This document shows, one piece after another, positions 1 to 9,500 of a DNA stretch of 64,000 nucleotides. Within the stretch, counting starts at the first letter, position 1; the number at the start of each line of letters is the position of its first letter. The notes under the pieces are model-generated. The model was given only the letters and a program-made list of their open reading frames with translations. It searched no databases and was not told the origin of the DNA. Both the position numbers and the translations under genes were made by a program. This DNA is from a virus: positions 32,001-96,000 of IMG/VR virus record IMGVR_UViG_3300020055_000005; one strand, 5' to 3'.

Positions 1-195
1 GATATAACGTGCAGCTCTGAAATCTGTCTTTGCAAAGGTGTCGAGACTAAACTCAGTTGTAGAGGTTCTTGTTGAATTACCTCTCTTTGAGTTTTTATCT
101 CTTGTTTTCTTTGCAGTAACGATTTCATCATTTGACGTATCGTATGAGAATACACGAATTAACTCAGCAATTTTAAAAGCATTTGTCTTAGCCAT
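1..195 (-). CDS. Virion structural protein, 5' part (runs off window)
   Basis: ATG at 195 with AGGAGG SD; MAKTNAFKIAELIR...SLDTFAKTDFRAARYI resembles the C-terminal module of the neighbouring fibre protein. Confidence 0.6.
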   Translation of the reverse strand, partial: MAKTNAFKIAELIRVFSYDTSNDEIVTAKKTRDKNSKRGNSTRTSTTEFSLDTFAKTDFRAARYI

Positions 196-208
196 TTCTT
201 ATATCCTC

Positions 209-1033
209 CTATGACATCCTAATTTGGAATGTATCCACTGTTGTATTAGTGTTAACAGGTGTAATGAGAAGTCTCATATTACCTGAATTAACGTCTGAAC
301 TCAATGAGAACAATGATGCGTTTGAATATGTATCACCGTATTGTACGAAGTACGCATTCGACCCATCATTGATCAATAACACTTCTGCGGCATGTGTTCC
401 TGCACTCGCATGAGTGGCAGTAATCACATACTTCACAGCCTTGTTTGCAACTGCATTAGATGATAAAACTTGATCAGATGTTGTTGCAGTGAAAGTATTT
501 GCAGTAAAGAAACCTTGAACTAAGTTCGCAGCCTCTGTGATTGCAACTACTTCTACAACGTCACCTGAAATGGCGTTCTCAGTAAGTGTAATAACTGTAC
601 TACTTGTTGCAGTATAGTCAGAACCTGAGACTAACTTAACACCGTTAATATACACTTGTTCTGTTCCTGAGGAATATGAAAGTGTATTACTATTATCATC
701 TGCACCTGTAATTGAAGTACCAGTTGATGTAATAGAGTAGGTAAAAGTTACAACCCCTGAAGACGGTTGAGCGGCGAAACTTATTGTTCCACTACCATCT
801 GTCTGTAGGACTTGACCTGAAGTACCATCTGAAGTTGGGAAAGAGTACGCATCGTTAACAGTAAGAGTTGCAGGATTTGACCCTACTTCAACAATTGAAG
901 CAGAACCATCATCCTTCTCAGTATAGACTCTACCGTGATAGGTATTAATACCTATCTCACCTAATGATAAATCACTAGTTGATGGTACAGAATTCTGAGT
1001 TGAACTCCTCTTGAATTGAATTACTGTTGCCAT
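209..1033 (-). CDS. Tail-fibre/virion structural protein with Mtd-N-like N-terminus
   Basis: MATVIQFKRS...LGEIGINT N-terminus; PTSDGTSGQVLQTDGSG fibre motif; VYINGVKL..GSDY module. Confidence 0.7.
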   Translation of the reverse strand: MATVIQFKRSSTQNSVPSTSDLSLGEIGINTYHGRVYTEKDDGSASIVEVGSNPATLTVNDAYSFPTSDGTSGQVLQTDGSGTISFAAQPSSGVVTFTYSITSTGTSITGADDNSNTLSYSSGTEQVYINGVKLVSGSDYTATSSTVITLTENAISGDVVEVVAITEAANLVQGFFTANTFTATTSDQVLSSNAVANKAVKYVITATHASAGTHAAEVLLINDGSNAYFVQYGDTYSNASLFSLSSDVNSGNMRLLITPVNTNTTVDTFQIRMS

Positions 1034-1062
1034 TTGCTACTCCTGTTATAGACTAAGTGTTA

Positions 1063-2634
1063 TTAAAATGTTCCACCGTCGATAGCAGTAATGCTTACAG
1101 CTCCTGAACTCACTGTAAAGTTATTTGAATCGTAAGAAGCAATACCTTTTGCAGATGTTGTTGCATCGTCGATAGCAACATCACCTGAAGTTACAGTGAA
1201 ATATGAACCTGAGAATGAAGCAATACCTTTATTTGAGTCTGTTGCATCCTCACCTGCGATAGTGATAGCACCATCTGCATTAGTGATGTCAACACCTTCT
1301 CCAGCTGTTAAAGCTGCAAGTTCCATGTCTCCGTTAGAGCCATTACCAATCATCAATTGACCTGCTGTTGGAGCAGCGCCGTCTAATGATGTGATTGAAC
1401 CTGAAAGTGCAAGACCTGATGCCTCTAAACCACCAAATACTGCGTTACCGACTGAACCTGAGAATACTGATGAAGAGTCAGTTGCATCTTGGATGAACTT
1501 AAACTTACCATCTGAATCGTCCATACCAAAGAAACCAACTTTAGCAGCTGAACCATTGTGCCACTTAAATTTGATACCTCTGTCTAGGTTGTCATCTGAT
1601 GCATCATCACCGATTTCAAATACAGGGTCTGCAACTGAAGTAGTTGTAGAGTTTACAGTTGTAGTTGTACCATTAACAGTTAAGTTTCCTGAAACTGTTA
1701 AGTTACCTGAAGCAGCGATATTAGTTGATGTAATATCGTCTGATGTCAGTGTACCGTCTACTTGAACATTGTTAAATTGAACGTTGTCAGATGTACCAAC
1801 TGACTGACCAATTGCAAATGTAACTGCTTGGTTAGCGGCAGATGTTGTTACACCTGTTCCACCTGTGAAAGTGATTGATTGTGAATCTAAATCGATTGCA
1901 CCAGTACCACTGTCAGCAGCGACATCTAAGTCTTGAGCTGTTACTTGAGAGTCAACGTATGCTTTAACTGATTGTTGTGAAGGAACTTTGACATCTGAAT
2001 CAGAAGACATGTCATCTTCGTCAACAAAGAAGTCAATCATACCGAGTTCAACAGCGCTGTTTGCGATTGTTACAGCACCTGCTGAATCCATTGTTACATC
2101 ACCACTGATTGCTACGTTATCAAATGAATCTGAACCGTCATGGACAAGAATGTGTCCTGATGCAGGGCTAGAAATATCTGAGTCTGTTGCGCCAGCAAGT
2201 GTTGAAGTAGTAGATAGGAATGAAAGTGAACCACTTCCGTCTGTTCCTAGTACTTGGTTTGCACTACCATCTGCTGAAGGTAATGTAAACGTTACATTAG
2301 AAGCTACTGAATCAGGAGCTTTAAGTGCTACATAGTTTACACCATTGTCAGAATCTTCTAATAACTGAACCTCACCACCAGCAGTCGAACCATTACCAAC
2401 TTTAAAGTTAGCAGGTGTTGCAGAAGAACCTGCAAGAATGTCTGTGTAGTATTTACCACCAATCGCATGGATTAATGGGGTTGAGTTATCGGAATCAACT
2501 GATTCGATAAACAGTTTAGCACCAGCACCTGAATTACTTCTGTCCTGAATATACGCTAATTCACCTTCCGATAAATCTGATACTGTAGGCGCAGAAGAAC
2601 CAGTACTTCTTTTAATTTGAATTACTGTTGCCAT
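1063..2634 (-). CDS. Tail-fibre-like protein with Mtd-N-like N-terminus
   Basis: [12 protein letters not shown]...GELAY; [20 protein letters not shown] fibre repeat; [10 protein letters not shown] repeats; ends IDGGTF. Confidence 0.75.
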   Translation of the reverse strand: MATVIQIKRSTGSSAPTVSDLSEGELAYIQDRSNSGAGAKLFIESVDSDNSTPLIHAIGGKYYTDILAGSSATPANFKVGNGSTAGGEVQLLEDSDNGVNYVALKAPDSVASNVTFTLPSADGSANQVLGTDGSGSLSFLSTTSTLAGATDSDISSPASGHILVHDGSDSFDNVAISGDVTMDSAGAVTIANSAVELGMIDFFVDEDDMSSDSDVKVPSQQSVKAYVDSQVTAQDLDVAADSGTGAIDLDSQSITFTGGTGVTTSAANQAVTFAIGQSVGTSDNVQFNNVQVDGTLTSDDITSTNIAASGNLTVSGNLTVNGTTTTVNSTTTSVADPVFEIGDDASDDNLDRGIKFKWHNGSAAKVGFFGMDDSDGKFKFIQDATDSSSVFSGSVGNAVFGGLEASGLALSGSITSLDGAAPTAGQLMIGNGSNGDMELAALTAGEGVDITNADGAITIAGEDATDSNKGIASFSGSYFTVTSGDVAIDDATTSAKGIASYDSNNFTVSSGAVSITAIDGGTF

Positions 2635-2682
2635 TTTTTTCTCCTAAAAAATTTTATTTTTTATAAAAGTAATTTACGTAAA

Positions 2683-2759
2683 TTTCTCTTCACTATCCGA
2701 GAAAGATCATTATATATACAGTCCTCTCACTATGAGGGTCGTGTCTCACTGAATGACAC
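2683..2759 (-). promoter_or_regulatory. Structured 5' leader with three hairpins sharing an AGUGA loop
   Basis: Minus-strand stems GTGTC/GACAC, CCTC/GAGG and TTTCTC/GAGAAA, each loop containing AGTGA; lies between a late promoter and the SD. Confidence 0.6.
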
Positions 2760-2774
2760 CTTGATTTGTAATAG

Positions 2775-2782
2775 TATTTATA
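2775..2782 (-). promoter_or_regulatory. T4-type late promoter TATAAATA
   Basis: Exact gp55 consensus upstream of a fibre gene. Confidence 0.75.
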
Positions 2783-2785
2783 AAA

Positions 2786-3034
2786 CTAGAATGTTCCACC
2801 ATCTATTGATGTGGTTGTTTCCCACTTATCAGTAGTTGCGTTGTATGAGAGAAGTCCATCATCTGTTTCAGATGCATTAACATCTGATAACTCTTGAATT
2901 GATTTAGTTGCAAGATTAACACTTGTTGATGAGTTACCGATTGCAACTTGTTTTGCACGTATATTTGTTGCACCTGCAATCCTAGCACCAACTGAACCTG
3001 TCGATCTATTTAATGTCCCTTTAATGTTTGCCAT
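2786..3034 (-). CDS. Small virion structural protein
   Basis: LSDVN...GLLSYNATTDKWE fibre motif; ends IDGGTF. Confidence 0.65.
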   Translation of the reverse strand: MANIKGTLNRSTGSVGARIAGATNIRAKQVAIGNSSTSVNLATKSIQELSDVNASETDDGLLSYNATTDKWETTTSIDGGTF

Positions 3035-3036
3035 AA

Positions 3037-3369
3037 TTAACTCCTCGTTACTCCTGGCGTTACAATCGCTTGTCCTTCTATAACTCTAGTTGTATTTGAA
3101 CCACTAGTTATATTTAGATCATAAACATATCTTCCAGCATTCAATGCAGCAGTTTGAGTGTCATCAAGTGATAATGTAACCTGTCCAGTTGCAGCTGCAA
3201 TACTAGTTCCAAATGTCGCAGAGACAGTAGAAGAACTATATGTTTTTCTTATCTGTGCGGCCGCAGTATATCCATTTAAGTCTAAGATATCACCTGCTGA
3301 GTCAGTCACATCAACAGTAATACTGAAGTCTGTTCCTTGATCTATGTATAGGTTTGCAATTATAGCCAT
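3037..3369 (-). CDS. Conserved virion structural protein (BppU-N-like fold)
   Basis: NLYIDQGTDF...AQIRK...GRYVYD...RVIEG pattern typical of marine T4-like structural proteins. Confidence 0.7.
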   Translation of the reverse strand: MAIIANLYIDQGTDFSITVDVTDSAGDILDLNGYTAAAQIRKTYSSSTVSATFGTSIAAATGQVTLSLDDTQTAALNAGRYVYDLNITSGSNTTRVIEGQAIVTPGVTRS

Positions 3370-3374
3370 ATAAC

Positions 3375-3382
3375 TATTTATA
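3375..3382 (-). promoter_or_regulatory. Late promoter TATAAATA, 5 nt before ATG
   Basis: Exact consensus. Confidence 0.7.
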
Positions 3383-4094
3383 CCTGAGTGTTACTTGGGT
3401 TCTTAGAGAACCTTGCAGTTGGTACAGATTGATGTATTTTTTCTACAGTACCTGTTTTATTTACGTACACTTCACTTAATTTTCTAAGTGTACCATTATC
3501 ATTTACATATACTCCTTTCACTTTTGCAATCGGGCCTACAGTTCTAGTAGTTGAATATGGTGCTTGATATGTAAATGGTGACCTCACCGTGTAAGGGAAC
3601 TGATAGGTTACTTGATATATAAACGGTGATTGTGCATTCGCAATATATGGTGATTGTGCATTTGCAGTGACCCTATATGTTGACGGTGATCTATGTTGAT
3701 ACGTAAACGGATTCCTTGCGTTTGCAGGATTGGGTTGTTGTGCATTCCTAATATTAGGTTCTTGTGCATTTGCAATATAAGGACTTGGATTTTGTGCCTG
3801 ATATGTATTAGGTTGTCTTGCGTTTCCAGTCGCTCTATAAATTAAAGGTTGTCTTGCATTTCTAATATTAGGTTCTTGTGCAGATGTAGGGTTTCTATAT
3901 GTAAACGGAGACCTATGGTTATAGGTGAAAGGACTCTGTTTAGTTGCACGATATGTAAATGGTGACCTTGCAATATACGGATAAGGTGTTTGACCAATAA
4001 GAGGTTGTCTTGCCTGATAAGTCGTTTGACCTTGCGCTTGATAAGTTGTAGGTTGTTGTGCAATATATGGTATTTGATAGTATCCTGTTGCCAT
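3378..4094 (-). CDS. Q/R-x-P repeat fibre-like protein
   Basis: ~170 aa of RSPFTY/NAQQP repeats plus C-terminal VYVNDNG motif. Confidence 0.7.
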   Translation of the reverse strand: MATGYYQIPYIAQQPTTYQAQGQTTYQARQPLIGQTPYPYIARSPFTYRATKQSPFTYNHRSPFTYRNPTSAQEPNIRNARQPLIYRATGNARQPNTYQAQNPSPYIANAQEPNIRNAQQPNPANARNPFTYQHRSPSTYRVTANAQSPYIANAQSPFIYQVTYQFPYTVRSPFTYQAPYSTTRTVGPIAKVKGVYVNDNGTLRKLSEVYVNKTGTVEKIHQSVPTARFSKNPSNTQV

Positions 4095-4095
4095 T

Positions 4096-5256
4096 TTATA
4101 TTCCTAATGCCTGTCCATAAGTTGCGTTTAATGATATCATACCATGACTATATGTTGATGTATATACATTATTACTTGAATCCACACCCTTAACTGTGAA
4201 ACTAACACCTTGTGCTTGTGTCCATGTAGTACCATTAGGGTTTGGGCCGTTTGGTGTTACACATGCCTTCCACAGGAATTGTCTTGCACCACTAGTTGGA
4301 ACACTATAGTAAGTACCTGAACTATATCCAGCGTTAGTTGGTAATGGCCCTGAACTATAAGAGTAACAATAACTTGAACTACAGTCTTTACCACTACATG
4401 CTTGACTTGATACATCATATTTTACTGTAAATGTGGAACTGGTTGTCAATAGACCTTGATATAAAATGTAATCAGAATAAACAGTCGCCTGATATTGATT
4501 TGTATAACCAAACCACAATGCCTTAATAGAACTTTGGGCAGTTGCATTTGAGAACTCCATTGAACACCCTACCTCAGGTGGAGGGTTTGTGGATGCTCTT
4601 GATTGCGTAGTATACCAGTACCCAGCTGAACCAGTACCAGGCCCCCAAACTTGTTCTAGTGGGTCATAGATATATGCAGCTGGTTGTCTTGCATTATAAG
4701 ACGATCTTGCGTTTGCAATGTATGGATAAGGTGTTCTTCCTATAAATGGAGACTGATATGAATATGGTGTTTGACCAATTGTAGGCACTGGTTGTTGTGC
4801 GTTACTAGGTGATTGATATGACTGTTGTGCATTTCTAATCACTGGTTGTTGTGCATTTGTAGGATTTCTATATGTAAACGGTGACCTATAGTTGTACGTA
4901 AACGGTGATTGTTTATTTGCTGGTACCTGATATGTAAATGGTGTCTGCGAATTTGCAATATAAGGATTCGCTTGTTGTGCCGAATATGTAAATGGTGATC
5001 TGTGTTGATAAGTAAACGGAGACCTAACAGTGTAATTGAAAGGTTGTTGTGCGTTTCTTATAAACGGAGATTGTTGAACAGCAGGTGTCCTATATGTTAC
5101 AGGTTGTCTGTTGTTGTATGTTAGGGGTTGTCTTGCCTGTGCAGGTGTTCTACCAGTTGCCTGTTTGGTTTCAGGTGATTGTGCGTTAACTACTGCTTGC
5201 CCTTGATAGGGTTGTTGGAAAGTCGTCCCTGTGTTTATATAGATTTCATCAGCCAT
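4096..5256 (-). CDS. Q/R-x-P repeat fibre-like protein with Cys-containing C-terminal domain
   Basis: ~176 aa repeat tract paralogous to 3378..4094, then an S/T/Y-rich globular domain. Confidence 0.7.
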   Translation of the reverse strand: MADEIYINTGTTFQQPYQGQAVVNAQSPETKQATGRTPAQARQPLTYNNRQPVTYRTPAVQQSPFIRNAQQPFNYTVRSPFTYQHRSPFTYSAQQANPYIANSQTPFTYQVPANKQSPFTYNYRSPFTYRNPTNAQQPVIRNAQQSYQSPSNAQQPVPTIGQTPYSYQSPFIGRTPYPYIANARSSYNARQPAAYIYDPLEQVWGPGTGSAGYWYTTQSRASTNPPPEVGCSMEFSNATAQSSIKALWFGYTNQYQATVYSDYILYQGLLTTSSTFTVKYDVSSQACSGKDCSSSYCYSYSSGPLPTNAGYSSGTYYSVPTSGARQFLWKACVTPNGPNPNGTTWTQAQGVSFTVKGVDSSNNVYTSTYSHGMISLNATYGQALGI

Positions 5257-5257
5257 A

Positions 5258-6337
5258 TCATATCACAAACCATAAGTGTCCATTAGACGTACTTCCTACA
5301 CTTGACGGTGCAGAAGATACTGTCTCGTAATCTAACACTACATTATCACTATCCGTTTTAATTCCGTTAGAAGTGTTGACACTCATAGTTGTCCCTGTAA
5401 GGTCTAGACCATCTCCACCTGTTACTGAATTCGAACCTGTAAACGATATAGTGTTATTCGCATCATCATAAGATACAGTGATATTAGTATGTGTACCAGC
5501 AGCAATTGCAGTTGCAACTGCATCTTGTGCCTGTTCGTCAGTGTAGTTTGCAGGTGCATCAGCGGATTCCCAATTCGTTGTTGAAGAGTTGTAGATTAAC
5601 ATCTGACCATTATTAGGAGATGATGCATCTACGTTACCCAACGATGCTAAATTGTGATTTGTTATACTGGATACGGTTCCTGTTACATTACCGACAACAT
5701 TACCCTGTACATCACCTTTAACTAATGCACCACTTGGTAAGTTGATATGATTTTGGAAATATACTTCACCATCAAATTCGATAGGTGCAGAAGTAGTTAA
5801 GAGTGTTGTCTTAGTTGCACCGTCACCATTGAAGATTAATCCATTGTCGTTTGTATTATAAATTGTATTAGCGGCAGTTTCAGAAAAGTAACCTACAGAT
5901 GCACTTCCTTGTCCTGTAAATCCTAAGTAAGAACCAGTAAATGAATAAATTACAATCTTATCTGAGTTTGCAGCTGCTGAAACTAGGTCTATTCTATTAT
6001 ATGTTCCATCACCTTGAACATTACCTAATGAATAGTCATCACCCTCAAATAGGTGAACACCATTCTTAAAAACTTGTATTCTGTTTGCAACAAATTTTAG
6101 AGTATATCCAAAGTTATCTACACCAGTAAATCTTGTATTACCGTTAGTTCCATCTGAACCAGTAAAGATATACTCTTGTAAGAAGAAAGACTTGTCTTCA
6201 AGACTGTTTAATGCATCGATAATATTACTTTTTTCAGTTGTGCGTAATCCTGATATCGCACCGACATCATTTGCAAGATCGTTGTACTGTCTTCTAAAGT
6301 CTTCTATCGTACTGTGATTGTCAACTGTCCTAGCCAC
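5258..6337 (-). CDS. Tail-fibre/baseplate-attached structural protein
   Basis: N-terminal TIEDFRRQYN motif; VFKNGVHL..GDDY module; ends SAPSS...NGHLWF. Confidence 0.7.
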   Translation of the reverse strand: MARTVDNHSTIEDFRRQYNDLANDVGAISGLRTTEKSNIIDALNSLEDKSFFLQEYIFTGSDGTNGNTRFTGVDNFGYTLKFVANRIQVFKNGVHLFEGDDYSLGNVQGDGTYNRIDLVSAAANSDKIVIYSFTGSYLGFTGQGSASVGYFSETAANTIYNTNDNGLIFNGDGATKTTLLTTSAPIEFDGEVYFQNHINLPSGALVKGDVQGNVVGNVTGTVSSITNHNLASLGNVDASSPNNGQMLIYNSSTTNWESADAPANYTDEQAQDAVATAIAAGTHTNITVSYDDANNTISFTGSNSVTGGDGLDLTGTTMSVNTSNGIKTDSDNVVLDYETVSSAPSSVGSTSNGHLWFVI

Positions 6338-6536
6338 TTACTTTCTCCATCAATTGTTTTAACATCTCTTTCATTTCAGACATGTCTTCTTTAAGTGTAT
6401 TTATCTCTTCTGTTTGCATTTTAAATCTTTGTCTTCTCATTTTCTGCAACTTCCACGCTTCTTTATCTGTGGAAACGATTGCAGTAGTGTCTTCGTCTCT
6501 TTCTAAGTAAGAATGTCCGTCTACTCTAATACCCAT
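6330..6536 (-). CDS. Small coiled-coil protein downstream of VrlC-like gene
   Basis: VDGHSYLERD...EINTLKEDMSEMKEML; typical position in marine T4-likes. Confidence 0.65.
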   Translation of the reverse strand: MGIRVDGHSYLERDEDTTAIVSTDKEAWKLQKMRRQRFKMQTEEINTLKEDMSEMKEMLKQLMEKVSG

Positions 6537-9500
6537 TATCCTGTCGCAATAGCTCTAAATGCAGAGATTAAAGGTGGTTTAGAAGTATTATACCCCTGTC
6601 CTACAATCTTAATTATGAATGAAGAGAACTCAGGTAAATCTTCAACGTTATACTCATACTCTTTGAAGTTTCTTCCATCTGCACCTATTTGTGAATCAGG
6701 TGAACCATCTGTGTTAAAGAATTCATATCCTATTTCATCAAACTTACGTTCATCGTCAACCTTAACGGTCTTAAATAAAACTTTAACATCAGTTCCTGCA
6801 TTTTTCATGCAATCAAACATAACTCTGATACCAGTTGCAGGGTTCTTCAAGTTAATCTTCTTAGTTACATAACAGAATGCGTTGTCTTCACCTAGTGATT
6901 CCTGACTAATATTAATTGAACTTGAGAATGAATTGTCATTTGAATTTTTCTGCAACCCATTAATTCTATTTGCAAATGCAATTCCACCTAAAGTTTGTGT
7001 ATCAACAAAAGGTGAAATGTATTGATTTCTAGAGAACATCATACACTTCAACTGCAGTGACCTTCCACTTGACATCTCGTTAATCTCATTGATTCTAGAT
7101 GCAATAATACTTGGTCTACTGAAGAATGCATTTTCGTTAAGTGTTACATTATCACCACTAATTCTTCTCTGATAAACTGTACCATCAATATATCCTTCAG
7201 GTGAATTCATTGGTGTTCCTACTGCATTAATAAACATTCCTGTATTTGCACAAAGAATGTTTTGTACTTGAGTGTGGATTCCATCATAGTAAATATTTTT
7301 AGATGTTACAACATTTCTTCCACCACCAACTGTAGTGTCTGTTGCTTTATAGTCTGAAACATAATCAGGGAATAGTGCTTGTCCTATTGTTGTAATATCT
7401 GAATTAGCATCTACGTCTGATTGAACTGCAGTTGCACTAAGATTAGGTGTAAACGAGAATGTATCTATTGTAAAGTCTGCACCAATACTAGTATGTGAAT
7501 CATCTGTTGAAGTGTTTATTGCACGAACTGGAATTCCACCTAGTGTTTGTCCAATTCCTTCTACAGTTGTTGTGAAACTCCATGAAGAACCAACTGTTAC
7601 TGTAACGACATCTCCTACTGCGAAATTATCACCTGCTTGTAATATTTTACATGCAGTAATATCTGATACACCATTTGATGTAGAAACTGTAATTCTAAAT
7701 GCGACTCCTGTTCCAGTTGTGTTTCCATCACTTGGAGTCGTATCAGCTTTAACAGCAGATATTGATACATTGTCTGAACCCAATGTACTTGAAGTTCCAG
7801 TGTTATACGGTAGAGTTCCGTGTATTAAATTATATGTACCATCAACAGGAAGTGTTCCTGAATCGGTTGCATCAGAAATTCTATACACACCTCCATTCCT
7901 ATCACCTATTACACCATTAATTTGTACATTAGATGAAGTGTTGTAATGTCCATGGAAGAAACTTTGCATTGTAATTGATGATGAATCTGCAACGGTTGAA
8001 ATTGGATTTTCAGGAATGTGGTTTTCCACATCATCTTCATCTGTGGAGTTGATATCTATTGTTTCATCTGCATTATACCAAGGTATGTCTGCATTTGTCA
8101 AATTAAAACTTGAACTCTGTGCAATATCAAACTCTGCATAGTTTAGACAATATTTAATATCGTCTTCTTGTCTTGCAGTCCATGTTGAACTGTTTTGTGA
8201 TACAAACATAGAACCCATATTAGAAGCTGCGACTGCAACCTCAAGACCGTTAGCAATATCTTTATCACCTGCATGAGCGTACCAAATTTCATATTGGTCT
8301 GAACTTGTATAAACCACAAAACAATATTCCATTTGTGATTTAATAATAATAGGGTTCTCAAAAGTAAATTTAGTTACTGCAGATGCATCTTCTGAAACAT
8401 TAATTTCATCAGGAGTTTTTGTAACTACTGACAAAGGTATAGGTGTTTGAGTTGGATAACCATTTTCCATACCTCTTAATTCAACAGTGATCTCTTTGTT
8501 AACATCTTTTGTTTTGAAATACAGGTCAATACTTGTTAACACCATATTTGTACCTACTGATTCAGGGGCTGCAAATGATTGTGCAACTGGGTCAAACCAA
8601 ATTCCTGTTGGGAACATACCTGCATCAAATCTAAAATCACCTATATCGATAGGTGGAAATCCTGGCGGAAGATTAGGTGGCCAATTAGGGTCATCACCAC
8701 CATCTGAAATAAGTGGGCCATCGCCTGGGCCCTCAGGGTCTTCAGCACCAATTTCGTCTATTTGTGTTTGAAGATCATCAATTCTATCGTCTAATTCTGT
8801 AAATGGATTAGGGCCTGGGTCTGATTCATTAAAGGTTGCATTGATGGTTTCACCTCTAGTTGTTATTGTTCTCGAATCATTAGTTGGAACTCTTGTAATT
8901 CTAGAAGTTCTTGTAGTTACTGTATGTCTATCAATATTTGCAACCATACCTGTTGAGGTATACAATGCAGTTGCAGATGATACTGGATTTGGTGAATTAT
9001 ACTTTTGTGAAGTTACAATTAATTCTTTAGTACCACTTGTAAAGGTATTTGCACGGAGATAGAATCGTGCCTTCAATCTACCATTTGCATCAGTCTGTAA
9101 TTGAGCACCTGTGTTACCTAATGTACCTGAAGTATGCGAAGGAGAATAATAATAAGTAGCACTTGGGCTTCCATAAGTCCATCTTTCACTTCGCATTCGT
9201 GTACTAACATCTATACCATCAAAATAAACGTAATGATAAGTGTTAGGTTTTAATCCTTGACAAGTAACTGTGATAGTCCTTTGTTTCATGAACCTTTCAA
9301 GTTGAATATTTCTGACTCTATTTCTCTCGTCTACGGATACGTCAGTTGCATAATCAAACATCATACCATTACGTGCTTGAACTTCAGGGGTTTCTGTGAT
9401 CTCTCTTGTAAGGTCTATGCCTGGCTGCCATTCACCACCTTGTTCAGCAGACCCTGACCATGAACCTGAAGTTGATATCATAGGTTCTGTAGTCGTAACT

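Noticed and set aside
1391-2335. Plus-strand ORFs antisense to fibre genes, and similar shadows over VrlC, gp8, gp7 and the tape-measure gene
   Set aside because: Antisense shadows of biased codon usage; no SD and no recognisable motifs
209-2634. Possible diversity-generating retroelement suggested by Mtd-like N-termini
   Set aside because: No reverse transcriptase and no TR/VR pair seen in the window
3378-5256. DNA repeats resembling a CRISPR array or a RiPP precursor
   Set aside because: The repeats are degenerate, in-frame and synonymous-variable, so they are protein-level; they sit in a structural operon over 40 kb from the radical SAM gene
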